Positions 8,638-17,521 of a stretch of DNA of 38,019 bases are shown here, piece after piece. How positions within the stretch are numbered: the stretch's first letter is position 1; each line of letters starts with the position of its first letter. Both the position numbers and the translations under genes were made by a program. The stretch comes from a virus (lineage: Duplodnaviria; Caudoviricetes). The stretch covers positions 1 to 38,019 of the IMG/VR virus record IMGVR_UViG_3300033067_000507; one strand, given 5' to 3'. Under the pieces are notes generated by a model. The model saw nothing but the letters and a program-made list of their open reading frames with translations, did no database searches and was not told the DNA's origin.

Positions 8638-9046
8638 AATCGGTAAAAAAATAGTTTTCATATTAAATGTTGAACCTTACTCTCAAGACTGTATTGTGGT
8701 ATGTAATGGACAATTTTCAGATGTAATAAAAGAGTTAAAAAAACATAAAACAAAAAATTCATTAGAGACCCAGAAACATATATCAGAAAATAAAGACATA
8801 TATAAAGATGATTTTAAAAAAGATGGAAGTGGTTTTTTATATACTGAATTTCCAAAAGGTTATGCTATGCTAATCTCTCACACTGATAGCTGGATAAAAA
8901 CTGTAGGATTAGTTACGCATGAATGTCTACATCTTACACATTATGTCTTACAGAGAGCTGGAATTACTTTAACGAAAGAATCCGAAGAATCTTTTACATA
9001 TTTACAAGAAAAATTAGTAGAAACCATACTACATGAAATTTATTAA
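8621..9046 (+). CDS. HExxH metallo-protein
   Basis: THECLH...EESFTY motif. Confidence 0.65.
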   Translation: MKKKSKIGKKIVFILNVEPYSQDCIVVCNGQFSDVIKELKKHKTKNSLETQKHISENKDIYKDDFKKDGSGFLYTEFPKGYAMLISHTDSWIKTVGLVTHECLHLTHYVLQRAGITLTKESEESFTYLQEKLVETILHEIY

Positions 9047-9157
9047 ACCAATTAAAGCCTACGCCATAATTAAAAACAATAAGATAGATGTACTAAACAT
9101 CTATAAGGATAAAGATGTAGTTTTGAATAAGGGTGAGAAGTTAGTATTAGTAGAGAT

Positions 9158-9184
9158 AAAAACGACTGGCAATAATACCAGTCG
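9158..9184 (-). terminator. Intrinsic terminator of the 9191-9334 gene
   Basis: CGACTGG-8 nt-CCAGTCG with a T run on the minus strand. Confidence 0.6.
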
Positions 9185-9190
9185 CCGAAG

Positions 9191-9334
9191 TTAATCTTTT
9201 GGTTGATTAGTAAGTCTCAAAACCTTGCAGTGCATTCTGAAACAAACAACATCACACCAATAATTTGAATTTAGATAGACTGATTTTAAAATGTCTATCT
9301 TTTTGTTACAACCTTTACATTCAATAATATACAT
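9191..9334 (-). CDS. Small treble-clef-type zinc finger protein (47 aa)
   Basis: MYIIECKGCNKKIDILKSVYLNSNYWCDVVCFRMHCK...; own TGaTATAAT promoter (9362-9370) and terminator. Confidence 0.65.
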   Translation of the reverse strand: MYIIECKGCNKKIDILKSVYLNSNYWCDVVCFRMHCKVLRLTNQPKD

Positions 9335-9377
9335 ATATTAAAAGTTTGACTATCCTGTATTATTATATCATATAAAG

Positions 9378-9423
9378 TTATCCACAGCTTAACTATGTAC
9401 AAGAATTTATCGCATGCTACTAT
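9378..9423 (+). promoter_or_regulatory. DnaA box plus promoter
   Basis: TTATCCACA-gctTAACTATGTACA-16-TACTAT with extended -10. Confidence 0.7.
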
Positions 9424-9428
9424 ATATA

Positions 9429-9522
9429 CATAGGACAGGAATGAAAGTACAGGCGGTAAGTTTGTTTGATATTTATATCTTACTCGCTTACTCGCAAAGT
9501 ATTAGTAATAACTTGTCCTATG
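9429..9522 (+). ncRNA. Putative small structured RNA or leader
   Basis: Closing stem CATAGGACAGG/CTTGTCCTATG; inner stem AGGCGGTAAG/CTTACTCGCTT with G-U pairs; begins at the predicted +1. Confidence 0.55.
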
Positions 9523-9602
9523 CAAAGTATATTATTAGCTTAACATCCTTTGTTTCCACCATTTATTGTTAAGTGGTGGGGGCTAAGGAAAACAAAAAAT
9601 AT

Positions 9603-10103
9603 ATGAAAAAATTACGAGTTAGTTATATGGGTAAATATTTGAAAGACATTTATCCTCATGCAACAAAGTTTCAAGTGTTTAGATATAGATTTAATAAGTT
9701 TATGGAAAAGGTAATTATAGTAGCAACGATACTAGGAATGATTTACGCAGGATATAAGGTAGGTCAAATGACAACAAAAGCAAATATTACTTACACAAGA
9801 GAAGAAGTAGAAGTAATAAAAGAAGTTCCAGTAAAGAGTAAGACAGCAATTATGGAAAAGATTGCAAAGTGTGAAAGTGAAAATCAACATTATGGTAAAA
9901 GTGGACAAGTAATTTTAAGAGCAAATACTAATGGTACAGTTGATATAGGTCGATACCAAATAAATTCTGTATGGTTTACAAAAGCAACAGAGCTTGGATT
10001 GGACTTAACAAAAGAAAAGGATAATGAAGCAATGGCATACTGGATTTATGAAAATAGAGGTACAGAAGACTGGAAATATTCTAAACATTGTTGGAGTAAA
10101 TAA
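9603..10103 (+). CDS. Membrane-anchored lysozyme-like/SLT transglycosylase
   Basis: TM segment, then IAKCES (catalytic Glu) and DIGRYQIN motifs. Confidence 0.8.
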   Translation: MKKLRVSYMGKYLKDIYPHATKFQVFRYRFNKFMEKVIIVATILGMIYAGYKVGQMTTKANITYTREEVEVIKEVPVKSKTAIMEKIAKCESENQHYGKSGQVILRANTNGTVDIGRYQINSVWFTKATELGLDLTKEKDNEAMAYWIYENRGTEDWKYSKHCWSK

Positions 10104-10112
10104 TAAAATTAT

Positions 10113-10331
10113 ATGGACAAAGAATATATATTAGATGAAGCAGATAGACTTAAAAAAGCTATCACAAAGAAAGATAAGTTTGATTATTGGTTAAAGAAAA
10201 GGATACAAGAAGATGAAAGGAATATAGTGCAAGCACAACCACCATTACCGAAGTATGTACCGAAGAAGATTATGTGGAGTGAAGCAACAAAGGTCGGGAT
10301 ATTAACAGCAGTAAAAGCGTTTATACCCTAA
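10113..10331 (+). CDS. Hypothetical protein
   Basis: ORF in the operon. Confidence 0.55.
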   Translation: MDKEYILDEADRLKKAITKKDKFDYWLKKRIQEDERNIVQAQPPLPKYVPKKIMWSEATKVGILTAVKAFIP

Positions 10332-10480
10332 TAACATGAGAACATTCGATACAAAATCAACTTGGTTAAAGAACAAAGAAGCAAATATAGAAAAGGAGTT
10401 GTTGGGAGCAATAAACATATTAGTAGCAGTAGTATTAGTAATTATTAACATGGCATTAGCATTTAATTTATATCAATAAT

Positions 10481-10705
10481 ATGGATAAAAATAATAAAGA
10501 TATCGTATTAAGAGATTGGTTTTTTGGAACATTTAATAACCTACCAGAATCATTAGACGCTTTAAAATTTAAAGAATTTAATTTCATACAAGAAGATGGA
10601 AATGATATAAAACTTCGTTTTCGTTCTGATGAGGGTTTATTAGAACATCTAGTCAAAAGAATTATTAAATTAGAAGAAGAAGTTAAAAACTTAAAAAATA
10701 AATAA
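10481..10705 (+). CDS. Hypothetical protein
   Basis: ORF in the operon; C-terminal coiled coil. Confidence 0.55.
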   Translation: MDKNNKDIVLRDWFFGTFNNLPESLDALKFKEFNFIQEDGNDIKLRFRSDEGLLEHLVKRIIKLEEEVKNLKNK

Positions 10706-10706
10706 T

Positions 10707-11069
10707 ATGGAAACAGAAGAAAAACTAATGATAGGAACTTTTATAACAATAATGACTGGAGTAATAGCATTTGTAATATTTAGTATATTCTTTTCATTGA
10801 TGACACCAGGACAAGGACAGCACACTGGATACATAACGGCAGTAGAAACATATGGAATAATTTGGGATACAACAAGAGCTTATGTAAAAACAGACACACA
10901 ATCATCACAAGAAGATATGTACTGTGTACAAGATGAAGAAGTAATAAATCAATTAAAAAAAGTTCAAGAATCAAAAGAGAAAGTTACAATAGAATTTAAG
11001 TCCCCTCTTATAATTCCAAATTGGAAGTGTGGAGATGAATCAAGTGTAATTATTAACATTAAAAAATAA
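10707..11069 (+). CDS. Membrane-anchored hypothetical protein
   Basis: N-terminal TM segment, then a beta-rich domain. Confidence 0.7.
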   Translation: METEEKLMIGTFITIMTGVIAFVIFSIFFSLMTPGQGQHTGYITAVETYGIIWDTTRAYVKTDTQSSQEDMYCVQDEEVINQLKKVQESKEKVTIEFKSPLIIPNWKCGDESSVIINIKK

Positions 11070-11074
11070 ATAAT

Positions 11075-11203
11075 ATGGAATGCCCCACCTGCGACAATAC
11101 TGGATATGTAGAGTTCACAACAGAACCTGACAATACAGAGAAGAAAAGATGTCCAGATTGCAACCCAAAAGATGAGGAATTATTAGAGCATAATTTAGAA
11201 TAA
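11075..11203 (+). CDS. Small zinc finger protein (42 aa)
   Basis: MECPTCDNTGYVE...RCPDCN. Confidence 0.6.
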   Translation: MECPTCDNTGYVEFTTEPDNTEKKRCPDCNPKDEELLEHNLE

Positions 11204-11205
11204 TA

Positions 11206-11898
11206 ATGAAAACAAAATCACTTACAATAAAAAAAGAAAATACAGTACCAACACTACAAGAGTTATATGATGACAAGATTGAAATTGTAAAGCAAAATAA
11301 GTTAAATATAATTCTTAATAGTGAACCAAAGCAAGAATGGGTAAAGACACACCCTTTTGTTAAAAATCTAAAATATTTACCGATTGAACGTGTGGAATAT
11401 TTATTAACAATGATTTTCTCAAAATGGAGTGTTGAGATTAAGTCAGTACAACTTATAGCAAATAGTGTAGTTGTAACAGTAAGACTTTATGTACAGAATC
11501 CTATAACAGGGGATATGGATTTTCAAGATGGAGTTGGAGCTATGCCAATTCAAGTACAAAAAGGACAGGGGGCTACTAATTTTGAAAAGATGAACTCTAG
11601 TGCAATACAAATCGGTACACCATCAGCAGAAAGCTACGCAATAAAAGATGCAGCTGAAAAGTTTGGTAGAATATTTGGTAAAGATTTAAACCGTAAAGAC
11701 TTTATTGCGTATGCAGATAGGTTACATGCTCAAATTGAGACTATAAAAGTTATAGATATACTAGAGCAATTTGAAAATACAAAATCAAAAGCAGAAGTAA
11801 GAAAGTTATGGCTTGAATTGCTACAATCAGAAAGGGACAATACAGATATAAAACTAGCTTACGAAGTTAATCTACAAAAATATAATGACAAAAAATAA
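11206..11898 (+). CDS. Rad52/Sak-like single-strand annealing protein
   Basis: LKYLPIERV and AESYAIKDAAEKFGRIFGKDLN motifs; adjacent to an exonuclease. Confidence 0.75.
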   Translation: MKTKSLTIKKENTVPTLQELYDDKIEIVKQNKLNIILNSEPKQEWVKTHPFVKNLKYLPIERVEYLLTMIFSKWSVEIKSVQLIANSVVVTVRLYVQNPITGDMDFQDGVGAMPIQVQKGQGATNFEKMNSSAIQIGTPSAESYAIKDAAEKFGRIFGKDLNRKDFIAYADRLHAQIETIKVIDILEQFENTKSKAEVRKLWLELLQSERDNTDIKLAYEVNLQKYNDKK

Positions 11899-12514
11899 TA
11901 TTAAATTGGTTAATGTAGAACAAAGGTCAGAGTCTTGGCACAAGGAAAGACAAGGTGTACTTACAGGTACAGGATTAAAAAGTGTCATAGGTACACCGAA
12001 AGTAAGAGAAACTTACTTTTATGAGATTCTAGCAGAAAGATTATCAACAGAAGCAAATACCGAAGAAAGTGCTATGGATAGAGGTGTTCGATTAGAAAGT
12101 GAAGCTATAGAAGTATATAAGGCACAAACAAAGGCTCAAATTTCACTTATAGGGTTAGTAAAGAGAAAAGACAACAAATGGATAGGCTATTCACCAGATG
12201 GACTTATAGAACAAAATAACGGTATTTATGAAAAGGACATAGAAGTAAAATGTCTATCGAGTGCAAAACATATAAAAACATATCTCACACGACAAATACC
12301 AGAGGAATACATCGCACAAGGAATTATGGGATTTGTTGTAAATGATGATTTAAAAGAGAGAGACTTTGTATTTTATGACCCTAGAATTAGCAAGATACCT
12401 TTTTTCATAATTACTATGAAAAGATTAGATTATGAAATAGAGATAGCAGAGGCAAAAATACAAACAGAAAAATTTATAAATGAGGTTAATAGTACATTAG
12501 AAAATTTAATATAA
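11885..12514 (+). CDS. YqaJ/lambda-exonuclease family protein
   Basis: EQRSESWHKER, MDRGVRLE, YSPDGL and IEVKC motifs. Confidence 0.92.
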   Translation: MTKNNIKLVNVEQRSESWHKERQGVLTGTGLKSVIGTPKVRETYFYEILAERLSTEANTEESAMDRGVRLESEAIEVYKAQTKAQISLIGLVKRKDNKWIGYSPDGLIEQNNGIYEKDIEVKCLSSAKHIKTYLTRQIPEEYIAQGIMGFVVNDDLKERDFVFYDPRISKIPFFIITMKRLDYEIEIAEAKIQTEKFINEVNSTLENLI

Positions 12515-12518
12515 AAAT

Positions 12519-12869
12519 ATGAATAATAAAATAATACTAAAATTAGATGTTAGTAAGATAGATAAAAATAAGATTGTAAAGAAGTCTTTTATTAATAAAG
12601 ATGGTGAAACTGTAAACAAACTTGAGTTAGATTTGGAACTAATACCACTTAATAGTCCAAGAATGGTAAAAGACGCACCAACTTATCAATTATTAAAAAC
12701 ACATTTTATTTCTATTCCACAAACAAAAGAAGAGAAAGAAAACAGAATAAACTCTAGGATAATTGGTGATGGATTGATGTTTAAAAACAAATCTGAACCA
12801 GTACCAAAGGTCGAGGAAGATATTATACCTGAAAGTAATGATATTGATGAATCGAGTATACCTTTTTAA
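12519..12869 (+). CDS. Probable ssDNA-binding protein
   Basis: Acidic tail ending DIDESSIPF; position in the recombination module. Confidence 0.6.
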   Translation: MNNKIILKLDVSKIDKNKIVKKSFINKDGETVNKLELDLELIPLNSPRMVKDAPTYQLLKTHFISIPQTKEEKENRINSRIIGDGLMFKNKSEPVPKVEEDIIPESNDIDESSIPF

Positions 12870-12872
12870 ACT

Positions 12873-13319
12873 ATGATATTTTATGCAACATCAAAACTAG
12901 ATGAACTGATACCGAAACTAAAATGGTCAAACCTTAAAGCATTTACAGACTTTCTGTTAACAAATGCTAGTTATAAAGGATTGTGGGTAGTTAGTATTGA
13001 GAAGGAGAAACAAAAGAGAAGCCTAAAACAAAACGATTTTATGTGGTTATATTTAGACCATATAGAAAAAGAAACAGGTAATCTTGCTACAGACCTTCAC
13101 GAACTTTTTAAAAGAAAGTTTTTACCACCAGTACCGAAAACTATAATGGGAGTAGAGTTCAAGATACCTGCAAGTACAACTGAATTAACTAAACAGGAAA
13201 TGAGCGATTATCTTGATAAGATTTCAGCATTTACAGAGATACCAATACCAGAACCTATAAAGAAAGAGTTTGATATAAAGGTTGCATACCCTGTTAATGA
13301 TAAAGAAGTTAAATTTTAA
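12873..13319 (+). CDS. NinB/Orf-like recombination protein
   Basis: KRSLKQN, LHELFK and STTELTKQEMSDYLDKI motifs. Confidence 0.75.
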   Translation: MIFYATSKLDELIPKLKWSNLKAFTDFLLTNASYKGLWVVSIEKEKQKRSLKQNDFMWLYLDHIEKETGNLATDLHELFKRKFLPPVPKTIMGVEFKIPASTTELTKQEMSDYLDKISAFTEIPIPEPIKKEFDIKVAYPVNDKEVKF

Positions 13320-13322
13320 CAA

Positions 13323-13736
13323 ATGAAAAAGTCGAAATTAAAAAAACAAAGTAAACAAAAAATATCTGTTATACAAAGGAAGTTATGGAAATTATGTAGA
13401 GAAATTGCAATTAAAAGATACGAACCTAACTGTTATACATGCGAAACTAAAAACTTACAAGGTTTTAATAAGCAACTTGGTCACATGTGGGCAAAAGCAA
13501 GCCTTGGTGCGTACATGAAATATGACTTAAGAATATTAAGGTGGCAATGTATGATTTGTAATCAATTTCATGGTGGGAGATGTGCAGACTTTTACGCAAG
13601 AATGTTAAAAGAAATAGGACAAGAAGCAATGGAACAACTCCAAAAAGATAGACAAGTAACTGTAAATGCTTACGATTGGTACTCAAAACTATTAGTTGAT
13701 TATCAAAAGATATTAGATGAGTTATCCACAACTTAA
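13323..13736 (+). CDS. NinG/Rap-like endonuclease
   Basis: CYTC...GH...QCMICN motifs. Confidence 0.8.
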   Translation: MKKSKLKKQSKQKISVIQRKLWKLCREIAIKRYEPNCYTCETKNLQGFNKQLGHMWAKASLGAYMKYDLRILRWQCMICNQFHGGRCADFYARMLKEIGQEAMEQLQKDRQVTVNAYDWYSKLLVDYQKILDELSTT

Positions 13737-13765
13737 CTACACATTTATAAATAAATAAGTATAAT
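13722..13765 (+). promoter_or_regulatory. DnaA box plus promoter
   Basis: TTATCCACA-actTAACTA...TATAAT at 13760-13765. Confidence 0.65.
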
Positions 13766-13789
13766 TATAGTATTACTAATAACAAACAA

Positions 13790-14083
13790 ATGAAATTACA
13801 AAAATTAACAATAAAAGAAGAGCATATCAGTCTACATAACAACTCAATATACTTTTCATCAAGATTAAGAAAAGATAGAGGGTTTAAAGAAGATGATAGG
13901 TTTCAGTTTTTATACGATAAAAGTAGCAAGATAGTAGTAGTGTTAAGAACTAAAGAAGGCGGAGTTAGATTGAACAAAGACGGTTATTGTAAGACAAGGA
14001 TAAATGGATTGATGAAGTATGGTCGATATTATTTTAGTGATATGAAAGACAACGGCATTATATTCAAGTATAAGAAGATATGA
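13790..14083 (+). CDS. Hypothetical basic protein
   Basis: First ORF after the promoter. Confidence 0.6.
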   Translation: MKLQKLTIKEEHISLHNNSIYFSSRLRKDRGFKEDDRFQFLYDKSSKIVVVLRTKEGGVRLNKDGYCKTRINGLMKYGRYYFSDMKDNGIIFKYKKI

Positions 14084-14212
14084 ATTGCATAGTATGTAAG
14101 AAAAAGAAATGTGTTAGTGAAGTACATAAATACGTTGCACGACATAACTTGTACTATGACAAAGATGGTAAATTAAAAATTAGTAAAAGTGGGATAAATT
14201 ATTTAAAGAAAT

Positions 14213-14452
14213 ATGAAAAACATATTCAAATGTAAAAAGTGCAAAGGACAAAAGATTAAGACACGTACTCATGGAATGATATGTGAGAAGTGTGAATTAC
14301 CAAAGCTTATAGAAGCAAATAAACCCCCTAGAACAGGTAGAATAGAGGAGAAAGGAGATAGAGAAAAGTTGGAGAAGGTATTGAAGGAGATAGTAGATAT
14401 TGATAGTGAAGGATATCCAATAGGTGTAGAAATTATTAATAAAAAGAAATAA
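14213..14452 (+). CDS. Zinc-ribbon protein
   Basis: CKKC...CEKC. Confidence 0.6.
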   Translation: MKNIFKCKKCKGQKIKTRTHGMICEKCELPKLIEANKPPRTGRIEEKGDREKLEKVLKEIVDIDSEGYPIGVEIINKKK

Positions 14453-14589
14453 TATGAGAAATAAAGTAGCCAGACATTTACAAGCAGAGAAAATATACTA
14501 TGAACAATTTTATAGCGAGAGACATGGTAAGTTAAGAAAGTGGCTTATAGTTAAATTAATAAAGTTTCAATTAAGATTTAAGAAATAAT

Positions 14590-14784
14590 ATGTCTTACAA
14601 AACAAAATTGATAAACCAAGAAAAAATAAATACCCCAATGATGGGTTTTTGTTCAATGTGTGATATCTATTATAATAAGAGGGAAGGATTTGTTAATAAA
14701 TTTGGTATGGTGTGTCGTGCATGTTATGAAAAAACTAAATTAATATTAGGATGCCCTAAATGTGGAGAAAATTATAAAATATAA
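14590..14784 (+). CDS. Cys-rich small protein
   Basis: Three CxxC motifs. Confidence 0.6.
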   Translation: MSYKTKLINQEKINTPMMGFCSMCDIYYNKREGFVNKFGMVCRACYEKTKLILGCPKCGENYKI

Positions 14785-14792
14785 TAAATAAT

Positions 14793-15134
14793 ATGAAAAA
14801 AATAAAAATTTTATGCCACGTGCTATGTATTCTATTAGGGATATGTGTATATCAATTGATTAAATTAAATAATGTAAAACCAGAAGTAAAAGTAGAAACA
14901 AAAACAGAAGTTAAATACCTTCTTGGAGAGAAGAAAGAATGTCAAGATAAAGGTGGAAATTTTAGAGTTTCATTCTTTAATGTAGAAAATTTACCTGAGT
15001 ATACGTCTAAGCCGGGAGAAATTTATGTTAGAGGATTTCTTCGAAGTGATTATGACTATAGTTTAACCTGTATAAAGAAATACCAAGAAGGCAACAAAGA
15101 CATTACAGAGACAATATTTGATTATAAGATTTAA
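14793..15134 (+). CDS. Membrane-anchored hypothetical protein
   Basis: N-terminal hydrophobic segment. Confidence 0.6.
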   Translation: MKKIKILCHVLCILLGICVYQLIKLNNVKPEVKVETKTEVKYLLGEKKECQDKGGNFRVSFFNVENLPEYTSKPGEIYVRGFLRSDYDYSLTCIKKYQEGNKDITETIFDYKI

Positions 15135-15143
15135 GAAATAACT

Positions 15144-15353
15144 ATGTTTAAAGATACAAAAGAAGGTAGTACACATCATGGAAAAGATAGTTGTTATAAG
15201 TGTAAGATGTGTGGTAATCATTTCTTTAGGGAGGATTTGTTACCAACTCATTTATGCGTAGATTTGCCGATACTACGCAAATGGGCTCAAGAAGGAGCAG
15301 ATATGCAAGAGTTCAAAGAAAAAGCAGATAATAATGATTTAACAAATATATGA
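15144..15353 (+). CDS. Small Cys/His protein
   Basis: CKMC...HLC. Confidence 0.55.
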   Translation: MFKDTKEGSTHHGKDSCYKCKMCGNHFFREDLLPTHLCVDLPILRKWAQEGADMQEFKEKADNNDLTNI

Positions 15354-15532
15354 AAGAAATAAAACTAAATAGAATAAAAAGTAAAATTCAGTTAAATAAA
15401 AATAAGCAAATTGGTAATATTCGTTTTTCAGAAGAGACCTACAATAAAATTGTCGAATTAGCTAAAGACTTAAATGTTACAAAACAATGGTTAATACAAC
15501 AAATAGTAACAGACTTTATATTTGAAGAATAA
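15350..15532 (+). CDS. Ribbon-helix-helix DNA-binding protein
   Basis: NIRFSEETYNKIVELAKDLNVTKQWLIQQIV matches the Arc/CopG pattern. Confidence 0.7.
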   Translation: MKEIKLNRIKSKIQLNKNKQIGNIRFSEETYNKIVELAKDLNVTKQWLIQQIVTDFIFEE

Positions 15533-15612
15533 CATGCCCTCCGACCACCCTTTAAGAAAATACATATACGCTAGTGTCATGTTTTGGATAGTATTATTAA
15601 CGATAATTTATT

Positions 15613-15945
15613 ATGTATATGGATAAAGAAATAGCATTAGCTAAAAAGTTAAAAGAAGCAGGATTTCCATCAATTACAAGATGGGAAATTGAGAATAATT
15701 ACCATAGAAGAACAATGGTTAATGGTGATAAAATGTTACCGTCATTAATTGCTCTTTTGATTGAAACACAGAAGATATCAGATGGATTTGTTAGTTTAAC
15801 AATGGATACGCCAACAGGATACCTTGCTTATGAACATGGTATTTATGGTGATATATGGAGCCATATATATGGCGGTCCTTGGTACTCAACAGCAGAAATT
15901 GCAGTTGCAAATCTTTGGTTAGAATTAAAAAACAAAATAAAATGA
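15613..15945 (+). CDS. Conserved phage hypothetical protein
   Basis: LAKKLKEAGFP...PSL...AEIAVANLWLEL pattern. Confidence 0.65.
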   Translation: MYMDKEIALAKKLKEAGFPSITRWEIENNYHRRTMVNGDKMLPSLIALLIETQKISDGFVSLTMDTPTGYLAYEHGIYGDIWSHIYGGPWYSTAEIAVANLWLELKNKIK

Positions 15946-16184
15946 CTATTAAAAATAAAATAATAAAAGTGTTTTCGACAGCTTTACAGAATAGTCTTGC
16001 TAATCCTAGTATTGTTACCCAAATATGTAATGTTAAAAAACTTACTCCAAAGGAAGAGGCTATACAAGAGAAGATATTAAAAGCCTATGAACTTAAAGAA
16101 AAGAAAAGAAGAGCAAAGAAAATAACAATGACAGTTGGTGAATACGAAGATAAAATGGAAGAAATTAGAAATGTTTATTATTAA
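15942..16184 (+). CDS. Hypothetical protein
   Basis: ATGA overlap with the upstream region supports the start at 15942. Confidence 0.55.
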   Translation: MTIKNKIIKVFSTALQNSLANPSIVTQICNVKKLTPKEEAIQEKILKAYELKEKKRRAKKITMTVGEYEDKMEEIRNVYY

Positions 16185-16190
16185 AATAAA

Positions 16191-16451
16191 ATGACTAATA
16201 CAATGCAAGAAAGGTTTGATGAAATATGGAATGATAAAAAACTAGCTGAATTAAACGGGTATGGAGTTAATGCAATACCGGATTTTATAGCTATTAAATC
16301 ATTCATCCAATCAGAGAAAGACCTATCAAAGAAAGAAGCACAAGAAGAATATAAACAATTCATACTGAATATCCTTGATGGAATAGATATAGCCGATGGT
16401 GAATGTAATACAAAGGCAATACGTTTAGCAATTAATAGTAAGGTAATATAA
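16191..16451 (+). CDS. Hypothetical protein
   Basis: ORF in the operon. Confidence 0.6.
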   Translation: MTNTMQERFDEIWNDKKLAELNGYGVNAIPDFIAIKSFIQSEKDLSKKEAQEEYKQFILNILDGIDIADGECNTKAIRLAINSKVI

Positions 16452-16458
16452 TAAAACA

Positions 16459-16704
16459 ATGGAAAAAATAAAAGAAATTTTAATAAACTTAACTGATAAA
16501 ACGGGGTTTGACCATTCATCTATAGCATTAGAAGCTCTTAGCAAAGCAGAAAGTGATATCCAATTAGAAATAGACTTAGCAGTAGCAAAGAGGGAAAAGG
16601 AGATTAAAGAAAAAATTAAAAATTTTGTCATCATAAATAATGAATTTAAAGTGGGGGCAGAAGAAATGAGACACTCTATACTTAATTGGTGCTTTAAATA
16701 TTAA
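16459..16704 (+). CDS. Hypothetical protein
   Basis: ORF in the operon. Confidence 0.6.
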   Translation: MEKIKEILINLTDKTGFDHSSIALEALSKAESDIQLEIDLAVAKREKEIKEKIKNFVIINNEFKVGAEEMRHSILNWCFKY

Positions 16705-16710
16705 AACCAA

Positions 16711-16998
16711 ATGACAACACAAGAATTAAAACAACAGGCTAGGGAGGAGTTTGAAATGAGGTTTTGTAAAATTGTTAAGGAAGGTGATATAACTGAATAT
16801 ATATTGTTAGAAAAAAACCCTTTAATTCTAAAAGACTTTCTCGACTCCATCATAGATAAAACTGTGCAACAAACAGAAGAGAGGATTGTTGGAGTAATAG
16901 GTGCAAGATTATTAGCTAAACATTCTCCACAAATAGTGCTAGATGCCTATTTTGATGTGGCGAACGAACTCTTAGAAAAAAATGAAAACAATAATTAA
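16711..16998 (+). CDS. Hypothetical protein
   Basis: ORF in the operon. Confidence 0.6.
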   Translation: MTTQELKQQAREEFEMRFCKIVKEGDITEYILLEKNPLILKDFLDSIIDKTVQQTEERIVGVIGARLLAKHSPQIVLDAYFDVANELLEKNENNN

Positions 16999-17182
16999 AA
17001 CTGAAAAGGAAAATAAAGTGGCGTTAGTATTAGTAGAACGATTGATGGACGGCGAACCAGAAAAAGATAGCAAAGAAGGACAGTTGCTTAATTTACTAGT
17101 AGAACAAATACAGGTTTTTGAGAAAAGATATGATTCCTCCCTCATCACCAATAAGAGTGATATTAACAATATAAATAAATAG
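16982..17182 (+). CDS. HigA-antitoxin N-terminal domain-like protein lacking the HTH
   Basis: IKTEKENKVAL..VERLMD.EP...EGQLLNLLVEQIQVFEKRY matches the HigA N-terminal pattern. Confidence 0.65.
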   Translation: MKTIIKTEKENKVALVLVERLMDGEPEKDSKEGQLLNLLVEQIQVFEKRYDSSLITNKSDINNINK

Positions 17183-17186
17183 ATAT

Positions 17187-17486
17187 ATGAGTTTTAGAAA
17201 CCCTTTTGTTACAGATTACATATACCAAGCTCGTGAAGAATTAAAAGAAGACAATAATAAGGTAAAAGAAGTTTTTGAAAAATATTGTCATCTAGTAAGT
17301 AGTGTTGATGAAAGAGGTTATGGATATTATTCAGGAATATTGAAAAGTCTTGACAGTTCTATAGATGACACTGGTATACTAGAGTTAGTAAGAGATTTAG
17401 AAAAAGTTACTAAAATTCCTTTCAGATTGACGATTCTTTTAGAGGCTAGTGCTGTTATGACTTTTGATATTGCTCCAAGACCGTAA
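17187..17486 (+). CDS. Hypothetical protein
   Basis: ORF in the operon. Confidence 0.6.
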   Translation: MSFRNPFVTDYIYQAREELKEDNNKVKEVFEKYCHLVSSVDERGYGYYSGILKSLDSSIDDTGILELVRDLEKVTKIPFRLTILLEASAVMTFDIAPRP

Positions 17487-17521
17487 TGTCTATAAACTAA
17501 TTATAAATTAATCATAAAAAT

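Noticed and set aside
9272-9304. Plus-strand terminator-like hairpin AGATAGAC/GTCTATCT
   Set aside because: Plausible, but it lies inside the minus-strand zinc-finger ORF and has a long AT-rich loop, so it was not called separately.
9500-9506. Second sRNA-target pairing (UAUUAGU with ACUAAUA near 5077)
   Set aside because: An AT-rich 7-mer is expected by chance, and the geometry is awkward.
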